From: an uncultured Actinomycetes bacterium
GTDB taxonomy: Bacteria; Actinomycetota; Thermoleophilia; Solirubrobacterales; Solirubrobacteraceae
NCBI GenBank assembly: GCA_963728925.1
Contig: CAVSMB010000003.1
Span: forward strand, 3,109-67,108
Direction of reading: 5' to 3'
Length of the DNA stretch: 64,000 bases
Positions 9,214-17,958 of the stretch are shown here, piece by piece. The first letter of the stretch is position 1, and each line of letters opens with the position of its first letter. The notes below the pieces were generated by a model that was not told the origin of the DNA, did not search any database, and saw only the letters and a list, made by a program, of their open reading frames with translations. A program made the position numbers and the translations under genes.

Positions 9214-9600
9214 CTAGCGGTAGACCTGGAAGCCCGTGTGGCCGTGCGAGGAGCGCAGGGCGAACTGCCGCCCGGTCCGGGTGAGCAGTCCGCCGCGCAG
9301 CGGGCCGATGTCCCAGCCCTGCTCACGGAAGTCCGCGCGGTTGGCGTCGTAGAGCCAGCTGCGCAGGACGTGGAAGGTCTCCGAGCAGCTCGGGATCGTC
9401 GAGCGCGAGCTCGAGAAGTTGTTGCGCCGGTAGGTGCCCGCCCGCGGGAAGCCGGCGACCGGATCGGCCTTCACGACCCGGAAGGTCGGGCACTTGTTGA
9501 CGAAGGGGGCGGCCGACGCCGCGCCCGGGGCCAGCGCAGCGCCGGCGGCGGCGAGCGCGGAGACGGACGCAAGCGCGGCGAGACGGGGACGGATCCTCAT
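9214..9600 (-). CDS. small secreted protein of unknown function
   Basis: The internal ATG at 9600 is preceded by AGGAGGAA. MRIRPRLAALASVSALAAAGAALAPGAASA looks like a Sec signal peptide, and the mature part contains 2 Cys. Confidence 0.6.
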   Translation of the reverse strand: MRIRPRLAALASVSALAAAGAALAPGAASAAPFVNKCPTFRVVKADPVAGFPRAGTYRRNNFSSSRSTIPSCSETFHVLRSWLYDANRADFREQGWDIGPLRGGLLTRTGRQFALRSSHGHTGFQVYR

Positions 9601-9740
9601 GGGGGGAAGTTCCTCCTGAACAGTCGAGGCGAGCGACGACGGAGTTCGCCGCCGACGCGATACTCCCTGTCGTGCACGGCGAGCACAACTCGCGGACCCT
9701 GACATCCGTCCACGTCCAAGGCGAGACGGGCTGAGCGGCG

Positions 9741-10334
9741 GTGGACCCGACCACCGCCCTGGGGAGCGTCTTCGCGGCCTTCGGGCTCTCCGGCGCCGCG
9801 GGCCTGAACGCGTGGTTGCCGCTGTTCATCACCGGCCTCGCTCATCGCCTCGGCTGGATCGATCTCGGCAGCCCCTACGACCAGCTCTCCAGCACCCCGG
9901 CGCTCGTCCTCCTGGCGATCGCCTTCGCCGCCGACTTCGTCGGCGACAAGGTGCCGGCGGTCGACCACATGCTCCATGCTGTCGGCGTCGTGGTCCACCC
10001 CGTGGCCGGGGCGGTGCTCTTCGCGGCGCAGACCGGCGTGGCGGGCGACATGGATCCCGGCGTCGCGCTTCTGGCCGGCGCGATCATCGCCGGGTCGGTT
10101 CACGCCGGGCGCGCGACGGCGCGGCCGGCCTCCACCGTGACGACTGCCGGAGCCGGCAATCCGGTGCTGTCGCTGATCGAGGACGTCGCGTCGCTCGTCC
10201 TGACCGTGATCGCCTTCCTCCTCCCCGTTCTCGCGTTCGTCCTCGTCGCGGCCGTGCTCGTCGCGCTCGCGCTGTCCGCTCGCGCCCTGTGGCGCCGCCG
10301 CCGCCAGCGCGACCGCCTGGACCCGGCCGCCTGA
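9741..10334 (+). CDS. DUF4126-like integral membrane protein
   Basis: GLSGAAGLNAWLPLFITGL...ADFVGDKVPAVDH...AGSVHAGRA pattern and 4-5 TM segments, as in the DUF4126 family. Confidence 0.75.
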   Translation: MDPTTALGSVFAAFGLSGAAGLNAWLPLFITGLAHRLGWIDLGSPYDQLSSTPALVLLAIAFAADFVGDKVPAVDHMLHAVGVVVHPVAGAVLFAAQTGVAGDMDPGVALLAGAIIAGSVHAGRATARPASTVTTAGAGNPVLSLIEDVASLVLTVIAFLLPVLAFVLVAAVLVALALSARALWRRRRQRDRLDPAA

Positions 10335-10362
10335 CCCCGCGGCGCCGGCCTTGACCAGCGTG

Positions 10363-10376
10363 CGAACATATGTTCG
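10363..10376 (+). promoter_or_regulatory. LexA (SOS) box, perfect palindrome CGAACATATGTTCG
   Basis: Exact CGAAC-N4-GTTCG. It abuts the ATG (10377) of the 105-aa ORF, and a TTGACC hexamer lies at 10351-10356. Confidence 0.75.
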
Positions 10377-10694
10377 ATGACGTCGCAGGGGTCGCCCTAC
10401 AGCCGCTTCGAGCGCGCCCTCGCGACCGGCAGCCTCACGCTCATCTCCGCCGCCGCGGCCGAGCTGCCCCGCATCACGCTGCGCGATGCCCTGCGCATCT
10501 GCCGCGCGGTGAGCGGGCGCGACGACGACGCGTTCGAGCGCGCGGCCGTGCGCTGGATCGGCCGCTTCTGCCACGAGCACCGCGCGATCGGCCTCGAGGA
10601 GGTCGCCGCAGCAGCCGCCGCCTTCCGCGAGATGCCGGCCCGTCCGGACGATGCGGCCGCCGAGCTCGCCGCGCTGATCGCTCGGCGAAGGTGA
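10377..10694 (+). CDS. hypothetical 105-aa protein, putative SOS-regulated
   Basis: Track ORF MTSQGSPYSRFERALATGSLTLISAAAAELPRITLRDALRICRAV...; predicted all-helical with no TM segment. No family recognised. Confidence 0.6.
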   Translation: MTSQGSPYSRFERALATGSLTLISAAAAELPRITLRDALRICRAVSGRDDDAFERAAVRWIGRFCHEHRAIGLEEVAAAAAAFREMPARPDDAAAELAALIARRR

Positions 10695-10703
10695 AGCCGG
10701 GAG

Positions 10704-11096
10704 CTAGTCCTCGTCCGGCCCGACGGGCCGCGAGGCCGACGAGGAGGGCGTGACCTTGCCCTTCTGCTCGGAGGTGCGCTCGAGCGGCTCCTGCTCCTCG
10801 GCCCGGTCCTCGAGGGCTGCGCGGTCGTCGGGCTCGCCCTGCTCGTCCTCGTCCTCGTCCTCGGCCTCGACCGCTTCGTTCAGGTTGTGCTCGGGGTCGC
10901 GGACGCCCTCGGCCTCCAAGCGCGCGACCTCCTCGGCCGAGGGCTTCTCGACCTCGGTGGTGGCCTGCAGCAGCATGGCGGCGACCGCGACGATGGCCGC
11001 GATCAGCACGAGCGCCGCGAGCACGGCGAAGACCCAGCCCCCGCCGGCCACGGCGACGACCAGCAGCACGATACCCAGGCCGGCGCCGCCCAGCAC
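10704..11096 (-). CDS. membrane protein with a highly acidic C-terminal tail (start uncertain)
   Basis: Two TM helices (LGGAGLGIVLLVVAVAGGGWVFAVLAALVLIAAIVAVAAMLL) are followed by EAEDEDEDEQGEPDD. The frame stays open upstream to 11339, but the first canonical start that does not overlap the upstream gene is GTG 11096. Confidence 0.45.
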   Translation of the reverse strand: MLGGAGLGIVLLVVAVAGGGWVFAVLAALVLIAAIVAVAAMLLQATTEVEKPSAEEVARLEAEGVRDPEHNLNEAVEAEDEDEDEQGEPDDRAALEDRAEEQEPLERTSEQKGKVTPSSSASRPVGPDED

Positions 11097-11227
11097 GAGC
11101 AGGAAGCGCGCCGCGCCCAGCGAGGCGAACCACCCGGGATCCGAGGGACGGCGCTCGCCGGCCGGTCTCGGCCATCGTCCAGCGGCTACCCACCGCCGTG
11201 GGCGGGCAAACGGCGCGCTGGCGCGCC

Positions 11228-11644
11228 TCAGAATCCGCGGTGCTCGCGGCGCACGTTGGCCCGCTCGCTCGTCCCGAGATGCCGCGCGACGGTGAGGCCC
11301 GCCGCGGTGATCCCGGCCGCGCCGAGCAGCGCCATCCATGCCCCGGTCGAGAGGCTCGTGTCGTCGGGGACCGACGGCGGCGGGTCGATGACCTGCACGA
11401 GGATGATCAGGAAGGCGATCCCCCCGACCAGGGGAAGCACGCGCGCCTCGCGCGGCCAGCCGTCACCGAGCGCGGCCGCGGCGCAGGCGCCGAAGGCGTA
11501 GACAGCCGCGGCGGCGATGAGGAGGTCGAGGATCTCGAACGCCGTCCAGCCGCTCACCCCCGGGCTCCACCACTCGACGAACAGGCTCACGAACAGCAGC
11601 AGGCCGGCGGCGAGCCCGCCGGCGGCGACGGCACGGTACGGCAT
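11228..11644 (-). CDS. 4-TM membrane protein of unknown function
   Basis: 138-aa ORF with hydrophobic segments LAAGLLLFVSLFVEWW, ILDLLIAAAAVYAFGACAAAAL, LPLVGGIAFLIILVQVI and WMALLGAAGITAAGL. Confidence 0.6.
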   Translation of the reverse strand: MPYRAVAAGGLAAGLLLFVSLFVEWWSPGVSGWTAFEILDLLIAAAAVYAFGACAAAALGDGWPREARVLPLVGGIAFLIILVQVIDPPPSVPDDTSLSTGAWMALLGAAGITAAGLTVARHLGTSERANVRREHRGF

Positions 11645-11675
11645 CGCTCCTCCTTCGGCGCGGGACGCGCGAACC

Positions 11676-12074
11676 CTACCGCCGCGACAGGCGCGCGAAC
11701 CCGAGCGCCATCACGACGTTGCCGGCTCCCGTCAGCCACAGCCCCCGCCCGCGCCCCGGGCCGCGAGATCGCCGGCGAGCGCGACCACAGCGCGTCGGTG
11801 GCGATCTCGGTCGCGCGCAGCCACGCGAGCGCCCACCAGTCGCGAGGCTCTCCACGCGCCGCGGCGACGTCGTGCGCGCCCGCGAAGGTCAGCCAGATCG
11901 GCCCGCAGCGCGGAACAGCTCGCGGGCGTCGCCGGACGGCGGGTCGTGGCCGAGCGCCCGCAGGGTGGCGTCGGGAGCCGCGATGGCGCCCGTGCCGAGA
12001 CACAGGTCGAAGACGACCATGCCGCGGTTCAGAGCGCGCAGGCCGGCGGAGGCGTCCATCGCGCGAGCGAGCAT
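11676..12074 (-). pseudogene. frameshifted small membrane-protein gene (unknown family)
   Basis: Coherent peptide pieces lie in three frames: MLARAMDASAGLRALNRGMVVFDLCLGTGAIAAPDATLRALGHDPPSGDARELFRAAG / PIWLTFAGAHDVAAARGEPRDWWALAWLRATEIATDALW / GLWLTGAGNVVMALGFARLSRR-stop. At least two frameshifts are needed to join them. Confidence 0.35.
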
Positions 12075-12141
12075 ATCCGGGCCGCGGGCTCGCGGAGATC
12101 GCGCGCGGACTCGCGGAATCACCATCTAGACTGGCCCGGGC

Positions 12142-12777
12142 ATGCCGCCGAAGCAGCGCCAGATCAAGATCGAGCAGAAGAGCGCGCTGGCCGCGATGGA
12201 GCGGCTGGAGACCCGCTCCGACGAGGAGCTCGCGGCCGAGACGAAGTTCCGGGCCGCGGCGCAGGCGATCCTCGGCGCGCGCGCGGCCGAGCGCTACGAC
12301 GCCAAGGCCTCGCGGGCCCACTTCCAGAAGGCGATCGCCGCCTCGCGCCCGCAGGAGCGAATGCAGCTTCGGCGCATGGCCAACGCCTCGCTCGCGCTGG
12401 CCGAGCGCCGCCCCGACGACCTCAAGGAGGCCGTCGAGCGGCTCGGCCAGGCCCCGCCCAGCGGTCGCCAGCTGCTCGCGCTGCGCGTCATGGGCCTCGT
12501 CGTGCCGCCGCCGGGCTCGAGCATCTGGGTCCGCCTGCGCGGCTGGGCGACCATCCTCGGCATCGTCGTCGCGCTGCTGGCCATCGGCCTCGGCATCGTC
12601 GAGCTCGTCTCGCTGCCCTTCGGTGGCGTGAGCGTCGCCGGCGGGCTGCTGCTCGGGGTGGTCGTCGTCGCGGCGGCGCTCGGCCTGCTCGCCCTGTTCG
12701 GCCGGCGCCGGCAGAAGCGCGCCCAGGCCAAGCGCGCGGCCGCCGGCCCACCAGGCGGCGGCCGCCGAAGTCAGTAG
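12142..12777 (+). CDS. hypothetical protein with a helical N-domain and two C-terminal TM helices
   Basis: 211-aa ORF ending in WATILGIVVALLAIGLGIVELV and GGLLLGVVVVAAALGLLALF followed by a basic tail. Confidence 0.6.
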   Translation: MPPKQRQIKIEQKSALAAMERLETRSDEELAAETKFRAAAQAILGARAAERYDAKASRAHFQKAIAASRPQERMQLRRMANASLALAERRPDDLKEAVERLGQAPPSGRQLLALRVMGLVVPPPGSSIWVRLRGWATILGIVVALLAIGLGIVELVSLPFGGVSVAGGLLLGVVVVAAALGLLALFGRRRQKRAQAKRAAAGPPGGGRRSQ

Positions 12778-12780
12778 CCC

Positions 12781-13524
12781 TTAGCCCGCGCGGATCCGCA
12801 CCCGCGAGATGACCACGGGCTCGGCCGGCTGCTCGGTCTGCGGGTCCGAGCGGATCTCGCCGATGTGCTCGACGACGTCGAGCCCCTTGGTCACCCTTCC
12901 GACCACCGCGTAGTCGGCCGGCAGCGAGAACGGCGGGCCGCTGGCGTCGTCGGCCGTGACGATGAAGAACTGGCTGCCCGAGGTGCCGGGCGCCTCGGTC
13001 TCCGTCTTGGCCATAGCGACGGTGCCGCGCGTGTAGCGCGTGGTCGCCGGCGGCGGCTCGACCACGGAGTAGCCCGGGCCGCCCGAGCCGTCGCCACGGG
13101 GGTCGCCCCCCTGGATCACGAAGCCGGACGAGATCCGGTGGAAGTCGAGCCCGTCGTAGAACCCGCGGCGCGACAGCGAGGCGAACGAGGCGGCGGTCCG
13201 GGGAGCGCGCTTGGTGTCCAGGGCGATGGTGAACGCGCCACAGGAGGTGCTCACCACCGCCGTCCACGTCCGCTTAGCCGCTAGCTCGCCCTTGGGCCTG
13301 GGCACCGCGCGCTCGGGCCGTGGGCGCGGACGAGCGACCTTGCGACAGGAGACGGTTCGGGCCGCGGGTGGCGCGCCGGCAGAGGTGGTGGCCTGCGGCG
13401 TGCTCACGGACGAAGCCTGCGAGCTGGAAGCAGCGCCGCCACCGCCCGAGCCGCAGCCGCCGGCGAGCACCGCGAGTGCGGCCGGCACGAGAAGGACGGC
13501 GAGCGGGCAGGCCGGGCGTCGCAC
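12781..13524 (-). CDS. peptidyl-prolyl cis-trans isomerase (cyclophilin type), lipoprotein
   Basis: Lipobox LAVLAGGC, and cyclophilin core FYDGLDFHRISSGFVIQGGDPRGDGSGGPGY...GTVAMAKT...GSQFFIV. Confidence 0.9.
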   Translation of the reverse strand: MRRPACPLAVLLVPAALAVLAGGCGSGGGGAASSSQASSVSTPQATTSAGAPPAARTVSCRKVARPRPRPERAVPRPKGELAAKRTWTAVVSTSCGAFTIALDTKRAPRTAASFASLSRRGFYDGLDFHRISSGFVIQGGDPRGDGSGGPGYSVVEPPPATTRYTRGTVAMAKTETEAPGTSGSQFFIVTADDASGPPFSLPADYAVVGRVTKGLDVVEHIGEIRSDPQTEQPAEPVVISRVRIRAG

Positions 13525-13548
13525 GGCGGCGAAGCATAATCAGCGCCC

Positions 13549-14355
13549 GTGCCCCTCTCGCCACTCGTCCGCCGCTACGACCACGTGCTGCTCGACCTCG
13601 ACGGCTGCGTCTGGGTGGGCGACGAGCCGACGCCCCGGGCCGCCGAGGCCGTAACGGCGATCCGCGAGGCCGGCAAGGGCGTCGCCTTCGTCACCAACGA
13701 CACGCTGATGAACGTCGAGGAGTACGTCCGCAAGCTGTGGCGCCTGGGGTTCCGCGCCTCGCTGGAGGAGGTCGTCACGGCCGGGGCGGGCCTCCAGTTC
13801 CGGCTCGCCGAGCGCGGCGGGGGCAGCGCGTTCGTCATCGGCAGCCAGGCCGTCTTCCGCCACGTCGAGATGGCCGGGTTGCGCATCGTCAACGGGACCG
13901 ATCTCGCACCCCGCGCCGACGTCGTCGTCGTCGCGCGCGACGACGCCCTGGACTACGCCGCGCTGCGGACCGCCGTGCAGGCGGTGGCGCGCGGCGCCGC
14001 GCTCGTCGGCGCGAGCCGCGACCCGAGCTTCCCGATGCCCGACGGGCCATGGCCGGGATCGGGCGCGCTGCTCGCCGCGGTCGAGTACGCGACCGGGCGT
14101 GTCGGCGCCACGGTGGGAAAGCCCGAGCCCGACCTGTTCATCACCGCACTGGACCGGCTCGGCCCGGGCCGCGCCCTGGTGATCGGCGACCGCCTGGACT
14201 CAGACCTCGCGGGCGCGCGCGCGGCGCAGCTCGACGGCGCGATCGTCCTGACCGGCGCCACCGACCGCGCCGGCGCCCAAGCCGCGGCGGATCCGCCCCC
14301 GGTCGCGGTGGCCGACACCCTCGCCGAGCTCGTGCTCGACGCGGAAGGGGGCTGA
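13549..14355 (+). CDS. HAD-IIA family hydrolase (NagD-like sugar phosphatase)
   Basis: VLLDLDGCVW (DxDG nucleophile motif), FVTNDT, GKPEP and VIGDRLDSDL motifs. Confidence 0.85.
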   Translation: MPLSPLVRRYDHVLLDLDGCVWVGDEPTPRAAEAVTAIREAGKGVAFVTNDTLMNVEEYVRKLWRLGFRASLEEVVTAGAGLQFRLAERGGGSAFVIGSQAVFRHVEMAGLRIVNGTDLAPRADVVVVARDDALDYAALRTAVQAVARGAALVGASRDPSFPMPDGPWPGSGALLAAVEYATGRVGATVGKPEPDLFITALDRLGPGRALVIGDRLDSDLAGARAAQLDGAIVLTGATDRAGAQAAADPPPVAVADTLAELVLDAEGG

Positions 14356-14358
14356 GCG

Positions 14359-14640
14359 ATGCGCAAGCGCACCCACCACAAGCACTCCTCGAGCAAGGGC
14401 TACCGGCGGCTGCTCGACGCGCTCGCCGCCCACGAGGCGGTCCACAGCGTCGCGACGGGTCGCGTGAAGCCGCGCATGGGCTCGGGCCGCCCCGTCGCCG
14501 CGATCTCCAAGGTGCGCCCGGTGACCTCCGGGCTCTCGATCACCATCAACACCGACGGCGCGGTGATCGACGCCTACGTGGTCACCGACCGGCCCGACGA
14601 GGTCGCCGCGTTCATGCGCGAGCAGGGGTGGGCTCGGTGA
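14359..14640 (+). CDS. hypothetical 93-aa protein
   Basis: Track ORF placed tightly between the HAD hydrolase and lipid kinase genes. Its stop overlaps the next start (GTGA). Confidence 0.5.
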   Translation: MRKRTHHKHSSSKGYRRLLDALAAHEAVHSVATGRVKPRMGSGRPVAAISKVRPVTSGLSITINTDGAVIDAYVVTDRPDEVAAFMREQGWAR

Positions 14641-15512
14641 GTCGCCGTGTCGCGCTGATCTACAACCCCTCGGCCGGCGGGGGGCGTGCGGCGCGCCGGG
14701 CCCCGCGCGTGGAGGCGACGCTCGCCGCCCTCGGCCTCCCCGTTCGAGCGGTTGCCACCGACCACCTGGAGCACGCCGAGGAACTGGCGCGCGAAGCTGC
14801 CGCCAACGGCGAGATCGCCGCCGCGCTGGGCGGCGACGGGCTGGTCGGCCGCGTGGCCGGCGCGCTGCGGGGCACCGACGGGCTGCTGGCGATCCTCCCC
14901 GGCGGGCGGGGCAACGACCTCGCGCGCGTGCTCGGGATCCCCTCCGATCTGACCCAGGCCTGCCGGGTCGTCGCGGAGGGGACGCCGACGCCGCTCGACC
15001 TGGGCGAGGTCGGTGGGCGCACGTTCATCGGGATCGCCAGCTGCGGCTTCGACTCGGACGCCAACCGCATCGCCAACGAGTCGCCCTCGCGGCTCGGCAA
15101 CCTCGTCTACGCCTACGGCGCCCTGCGCGCCCTGGTCGGATGGACGCCGGCGGATTTCGAGGTCGAGCTCGACGGCGAACCGCTCCGCTACCGGGGCTGG
15201 AGCCTCGCGGCGGCGAACTCGAAGGCCTACGGCGGCGGCATGTTCCTCGCCCCCGACGCGCGGCTCGACGACGGGCTGCTCGACGTCGTGATCGTGCACG
15301 AGTCCACCAAGCGCCACTTCCTCGCACAGCTCCCGAAGGTGTTCAGGGGGACCCACGTCGGCGACGCGCACTTCGAGGTCCGCCGCGCGAAAGAGGTTGT
15401 TGTCAGCGCCGATCGTCCGTTCGCGCTGTACGCGGACGGCGACCCGATCGCGCAGCTGCCGGCGACGATCCGCGCCGTGCCGGCCGCGGTACGGGTGCTG
15501 CTCGCCCGATGA
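14637..15512 (+). CDS. diacylglycerol/lipid kinase family protein (YegS/LCB5-like)
   Basis: C-terminal 292 codons of track ORF 13320..15512 starting at GTG 14637: RVALIYNPSAGGG...ALGGDGLVGRV...ILPGGRGNDLARVLGIP...YGGGMFLAPDARLDDGLLDV. Confidence 0.88.
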   Translation: MSRRVALIYNPSAGGGRAARRAPRVEATLAALGLPVRAVATDHLEHAEELAREAAANGEIAAALGGDGLVGRVAGALRGTDGLLAILPGGRGNDLARVLGIPSDLTQACRVVAEGTPTPLDLGEVGGRTFIGIASCGFDSDANRIANESPSRLGNLVYAYGALRALVGWTPADFEVELDGEPLRYRGWSLAAANSKAYGGGMFLAPDARLDDGLLDVVIVHESTKRHFLAQLPKVFRGTHVGDAHFEVRRAKEVVVSADRPFALYADGDPIAQLPATIRAVPAAVRVLLAR

Positions 15513-16243
15513 CCGGGCCGCCGGGGGCCGCCGTGGTCTGGCACGACCTCGAGTGCGGCTCCTATCGAGCCGACCTGCCGCTCTGGTCGCAGCTCGCCCG
15601 CGAGCACGGCGGCCGAGTGCTCGACGTCGGCGCCGGCGCCGGGCGGGTGAGCGTCGAGCTCGCCCGGGAGGGGATCGAGGTGGTCGCTCTGGATCGCGAC
15701 CCCGAGCTGCTCGGCGCGCTCGAGCGCCGCGCCCGGGGCCTCCCGCTCACGGCCGTGCTGGCCGACGCCCGCGACTTCTCGATCCCCCGTCGCTTCGGCC
15801 TGATCATCGCGCCGATGCAGACCGTCCAACTGCTCGACGGCCCCGCCGGGCGCGCCGCCTTCCTGCGCCTCGCGCGCGCCCACCTCGCGCCGGGCGGCGT
15901 GCTCGCCGCCGCGCTCGCCGAGGACCTGGAGGACTTCTCGGCCGACCTGCCGCTGCCGCCGGCCGACCTCGCCGTCCTGCACGGCTGGACGTGGCGCAGC
16001 CAGCCGACGGGCCTGCGCACCGACGGCGCCCGCGTCGCGCTGGAGCGCCTGCGGGAGGCCGTCGCGCCCGACGGCGCCTGCACGGTGACCCGCGACGTCG
16101 TGCACCTCGACCGCGTCGACGCGGACACGCTCGAGGACGAGGGAGCGTCGGCCGGGCTGCGCGTGCTCCCCCGCCGGGTCGTCGACGCGACGGAGGAGCA
16201 CGTGGGCAGCGCGGTGGTGCTGCTGGGGGCCGGCGCTACTTGA
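15509..16243 (+). CDS. class I SAM-dependent methyltransferase
   Basis: The ATG at 15509 overlaps the previous stop (ATGA). Motif I is RVLDVGAGAGRVSVELA. Confidence 0.8.
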   Translation: MTGPPGAAVVWHDLECGSYRADLPLWSQLAREHGGRVLDVGAGAGRVSVELAREGIEVVALDRDPELLGALERRARGLPLTAVLADARDFSIPRRFGLIIAPMQTVQLLDGPAGRAAFLRLARAHLAPGGVLAAALAEDLEDFSADLPLPPADLAVLHGWTWRSQPTGLRTDGARVALERLREAVAPDGACTVTRDVVHLDRVDADTLEDEGASAGLRVLPRRVVDATEEHVGSAVVLLGAGAT

Positions 16244-17201
16244 GGTTGTTGGCGGCGAGGAACGCGCCCGCCACCTCCGCCGGCTGCTTCTTCTCGGTCT
16301 GCACGGCCGCGTTCATGCTGCGGATCGCCGGCTCGGTGAGCAGCCCGTTGACCTTGTTGACGACGGCCATGAACGCCGGGCCGCCGAGCGCCTGGTACTT
16401 CGGCTTGTTGATCACGAACAGGACGTTCTGGAAGCCGAACACGCCCTTGGGGTCCTTGAGGATCGTGTACTTGTTCGAGGCGAGCTGGGCGTCGGTGGTG
16501 AACACGTTGGCCGTGTCGATGTCGCCCTTGTCCAGCGCCGGGTACTGCAGGCCGCTGGCGAGCTGCTTGAACACGCCGTTGTCGATCCCGTAGACCTTCT
16601 TGATGCCCGCGAAGCCCACCGCGCGGTCCTTGAACTCCGGCCGGGCGCCGAGCGTGAACGTCTTGAGCTTCTTGAGGTCGGGAAGCGACGTGAGGCCGTT
16701 CTTGGCCCCGTAGGCCTTGAGGACCGCGATTGCGTCGACGTCCTCGAAGGGCGTCGGGTTGCTGGTCGCCTGGCCACGCCCGGCGTAGAACGCCTTGGCC
16801 AGGGCCGTCGTCTTCGCGGCGCTGCCCGTCAGCGTGTCGTCTCCCTTCACCGTCGCGACGGTCTCTCCCGTGTACTCGGGGTAGGCGTCGATCTTCCCGC
16901 TCGTGAGGGCCTTGTCGACGATCTCCGTCGCGCCGATGTTGCTCTTGACGGTGACCGTGTAGCCCTTGGCGCGCAGCGCCTGGGCGTAGAGCTCGCCGAG
17001 GATGAACTCCTCGGGGAAGTCCTTGGTTCCGATCGTGAGCCCGGGCTTGCCCTTGCCCGGCTGGTCCGAGCTCGCCTGCGACGAGCCCGTGTCCGAGCTG
17101 CTGCTGTCGTCGCTGCCGCATCCCGCCGCGACGAGCGCGACGAGCGCGACGATCCCGGCCGCGAGCAGCGCGAGCAGCCTTCCCTTGTGTCTGGCGTGCA
17201 C
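16236..17201 (-). CDS. glycine betaine/choline-type ABC transporter substrate-binding lipoprotein
   Basis: Lipobox VAAGCGSD, and OpuBC/OpuCC-like core (KDFPEEFILGELYAQAL...GKIDAYPEYTG). Confidence 0.88.
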   Translation of the reverse strand: MHARHKGRLLALLAAGIVALVALVAAGCGSDDSSSSDTGSSQASSDQPGKGKPGLTIGTKDFPEEFILGELYAQALRAKGYTVTVKSNIGATEIVDKALTSGKIDAYPEYTGETVATVKGDDTLTGSAAKTTALAKAFYAGRGQATSNPTPFEDVDAIAVLKAYGAKNGLTSLPDLKKLKTFTLGARPEFKDRAVGFAGIKKVYGIDNGVFKQLASGLQYPALDKGDIDTANVFTTDAQLASNKYTILKDPKGVFGFQNVLFVINKPKYQALGGPAFMAVVNKVNGLLTEPAIRSMNAAVQTEKKQPAEVAGAFLAANNLK

Positions 17202-17247
17202 TGAACGTTCCTCCTCTGTGTGGTTGAGCGTGAGGCGTCTCTCGGGG

Positions 17248-17958
17248 TCAGCTGCGACCTGCGATGACGGCGACGTCGTCGACCTGGGCGCCCGTCGCCG
17301 GCACGAGACCCTGCATCTCGGGCGCGACCTTGATGCCGCGAGGCGTCACCAAGCGCTGGACGATGGCGAACAGGCCGTCCACCGCGAAGGCGAGGACGAC
17401 GACGACGAGCGTCGCGGCGATGACGCCCACGAGCTTGTAGGACGGCTGGTTGAGGATGATGTCGCCGAGCCCGCCGCCGCCGGCGATGGCCGCCAGTGGC
17501 GCGGTGGCGATGATGTAGACCGACGCGGTGCGCACGCCGGCGAAGATCAGCGGCCACGACAGGGGTAGCTCGACCCCGGTCAGGACCTGACGCTCGGTCA
17601 TGCCCATGCCGCGCGCCGCCTCGACCGCGTCGGGGTCCACGTTGTCCACGGCCGTGAAGGAGTTGGTCAGGATCGGCGGGAGCGCGAGGGCCACGAGCGC
17701 GACCTGGACGTTGATCACGCTGAGGCCGAGGAACGCCAGGCTGATGGCGATCAGCGCGAGGCTCGGCAGCGCCCGGAAGACGTTGGAGACGTTGATCGCG
17801 ACGAAGGAGCCAGCGTGACGGTGGCCGAGGAAGATCCCGAGCGGCAGCGCGACCACCAGCGAGATGAGGAGCGCGGTCGCCGAGATGCCGAGGTGGGAGA
17901 TCGTCTTCTCGAGAAGCAGGCTGGCGTTGTCCGCGAAGAAGCTGATCAGCTGGCTCAT
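17248..17958 (-). CDS. osmoprotectant ABC transporter permease
   Basis: C-terminal 237 codons of track ORF 17248..18699 (MSQLISFFADN...). BPD-transporter EAA-like loop AVEAARGMGMTERQVLTGVELPL. Confidence 0.88.
   Translation of the reverse strand: MSQLISFFADNASLLLEKTISHLGISATALLISLVVALPLGIFLGHRHAGSFVAINVSNVFRALPSLALIAISLAFLGLSVINVQVALVALALPPILTNSFTAVDNVDPDAVEAARGMGMTERQVLTGVELPLSWPLIFAGVRTASVYIIATAPLAAIAGGGGLGDIILNQPSYKLVGVIAATLVVVVLAFAVDGLFAIVQRLVTPRGIKVAPEMQGLVPATGAQVDDVAVIAGRS

Noticed and set aside
13320-15512. 730-aa plus-strand ORF suggesting a very large fusion protein.
   Set aside because: Only the last 292 codons (from GTG 14637) are a coherent lipid kinase. The upstream part is an Arg-rich read-through overlapping the HAD hydrolase and the 93-aa gene in other frames.
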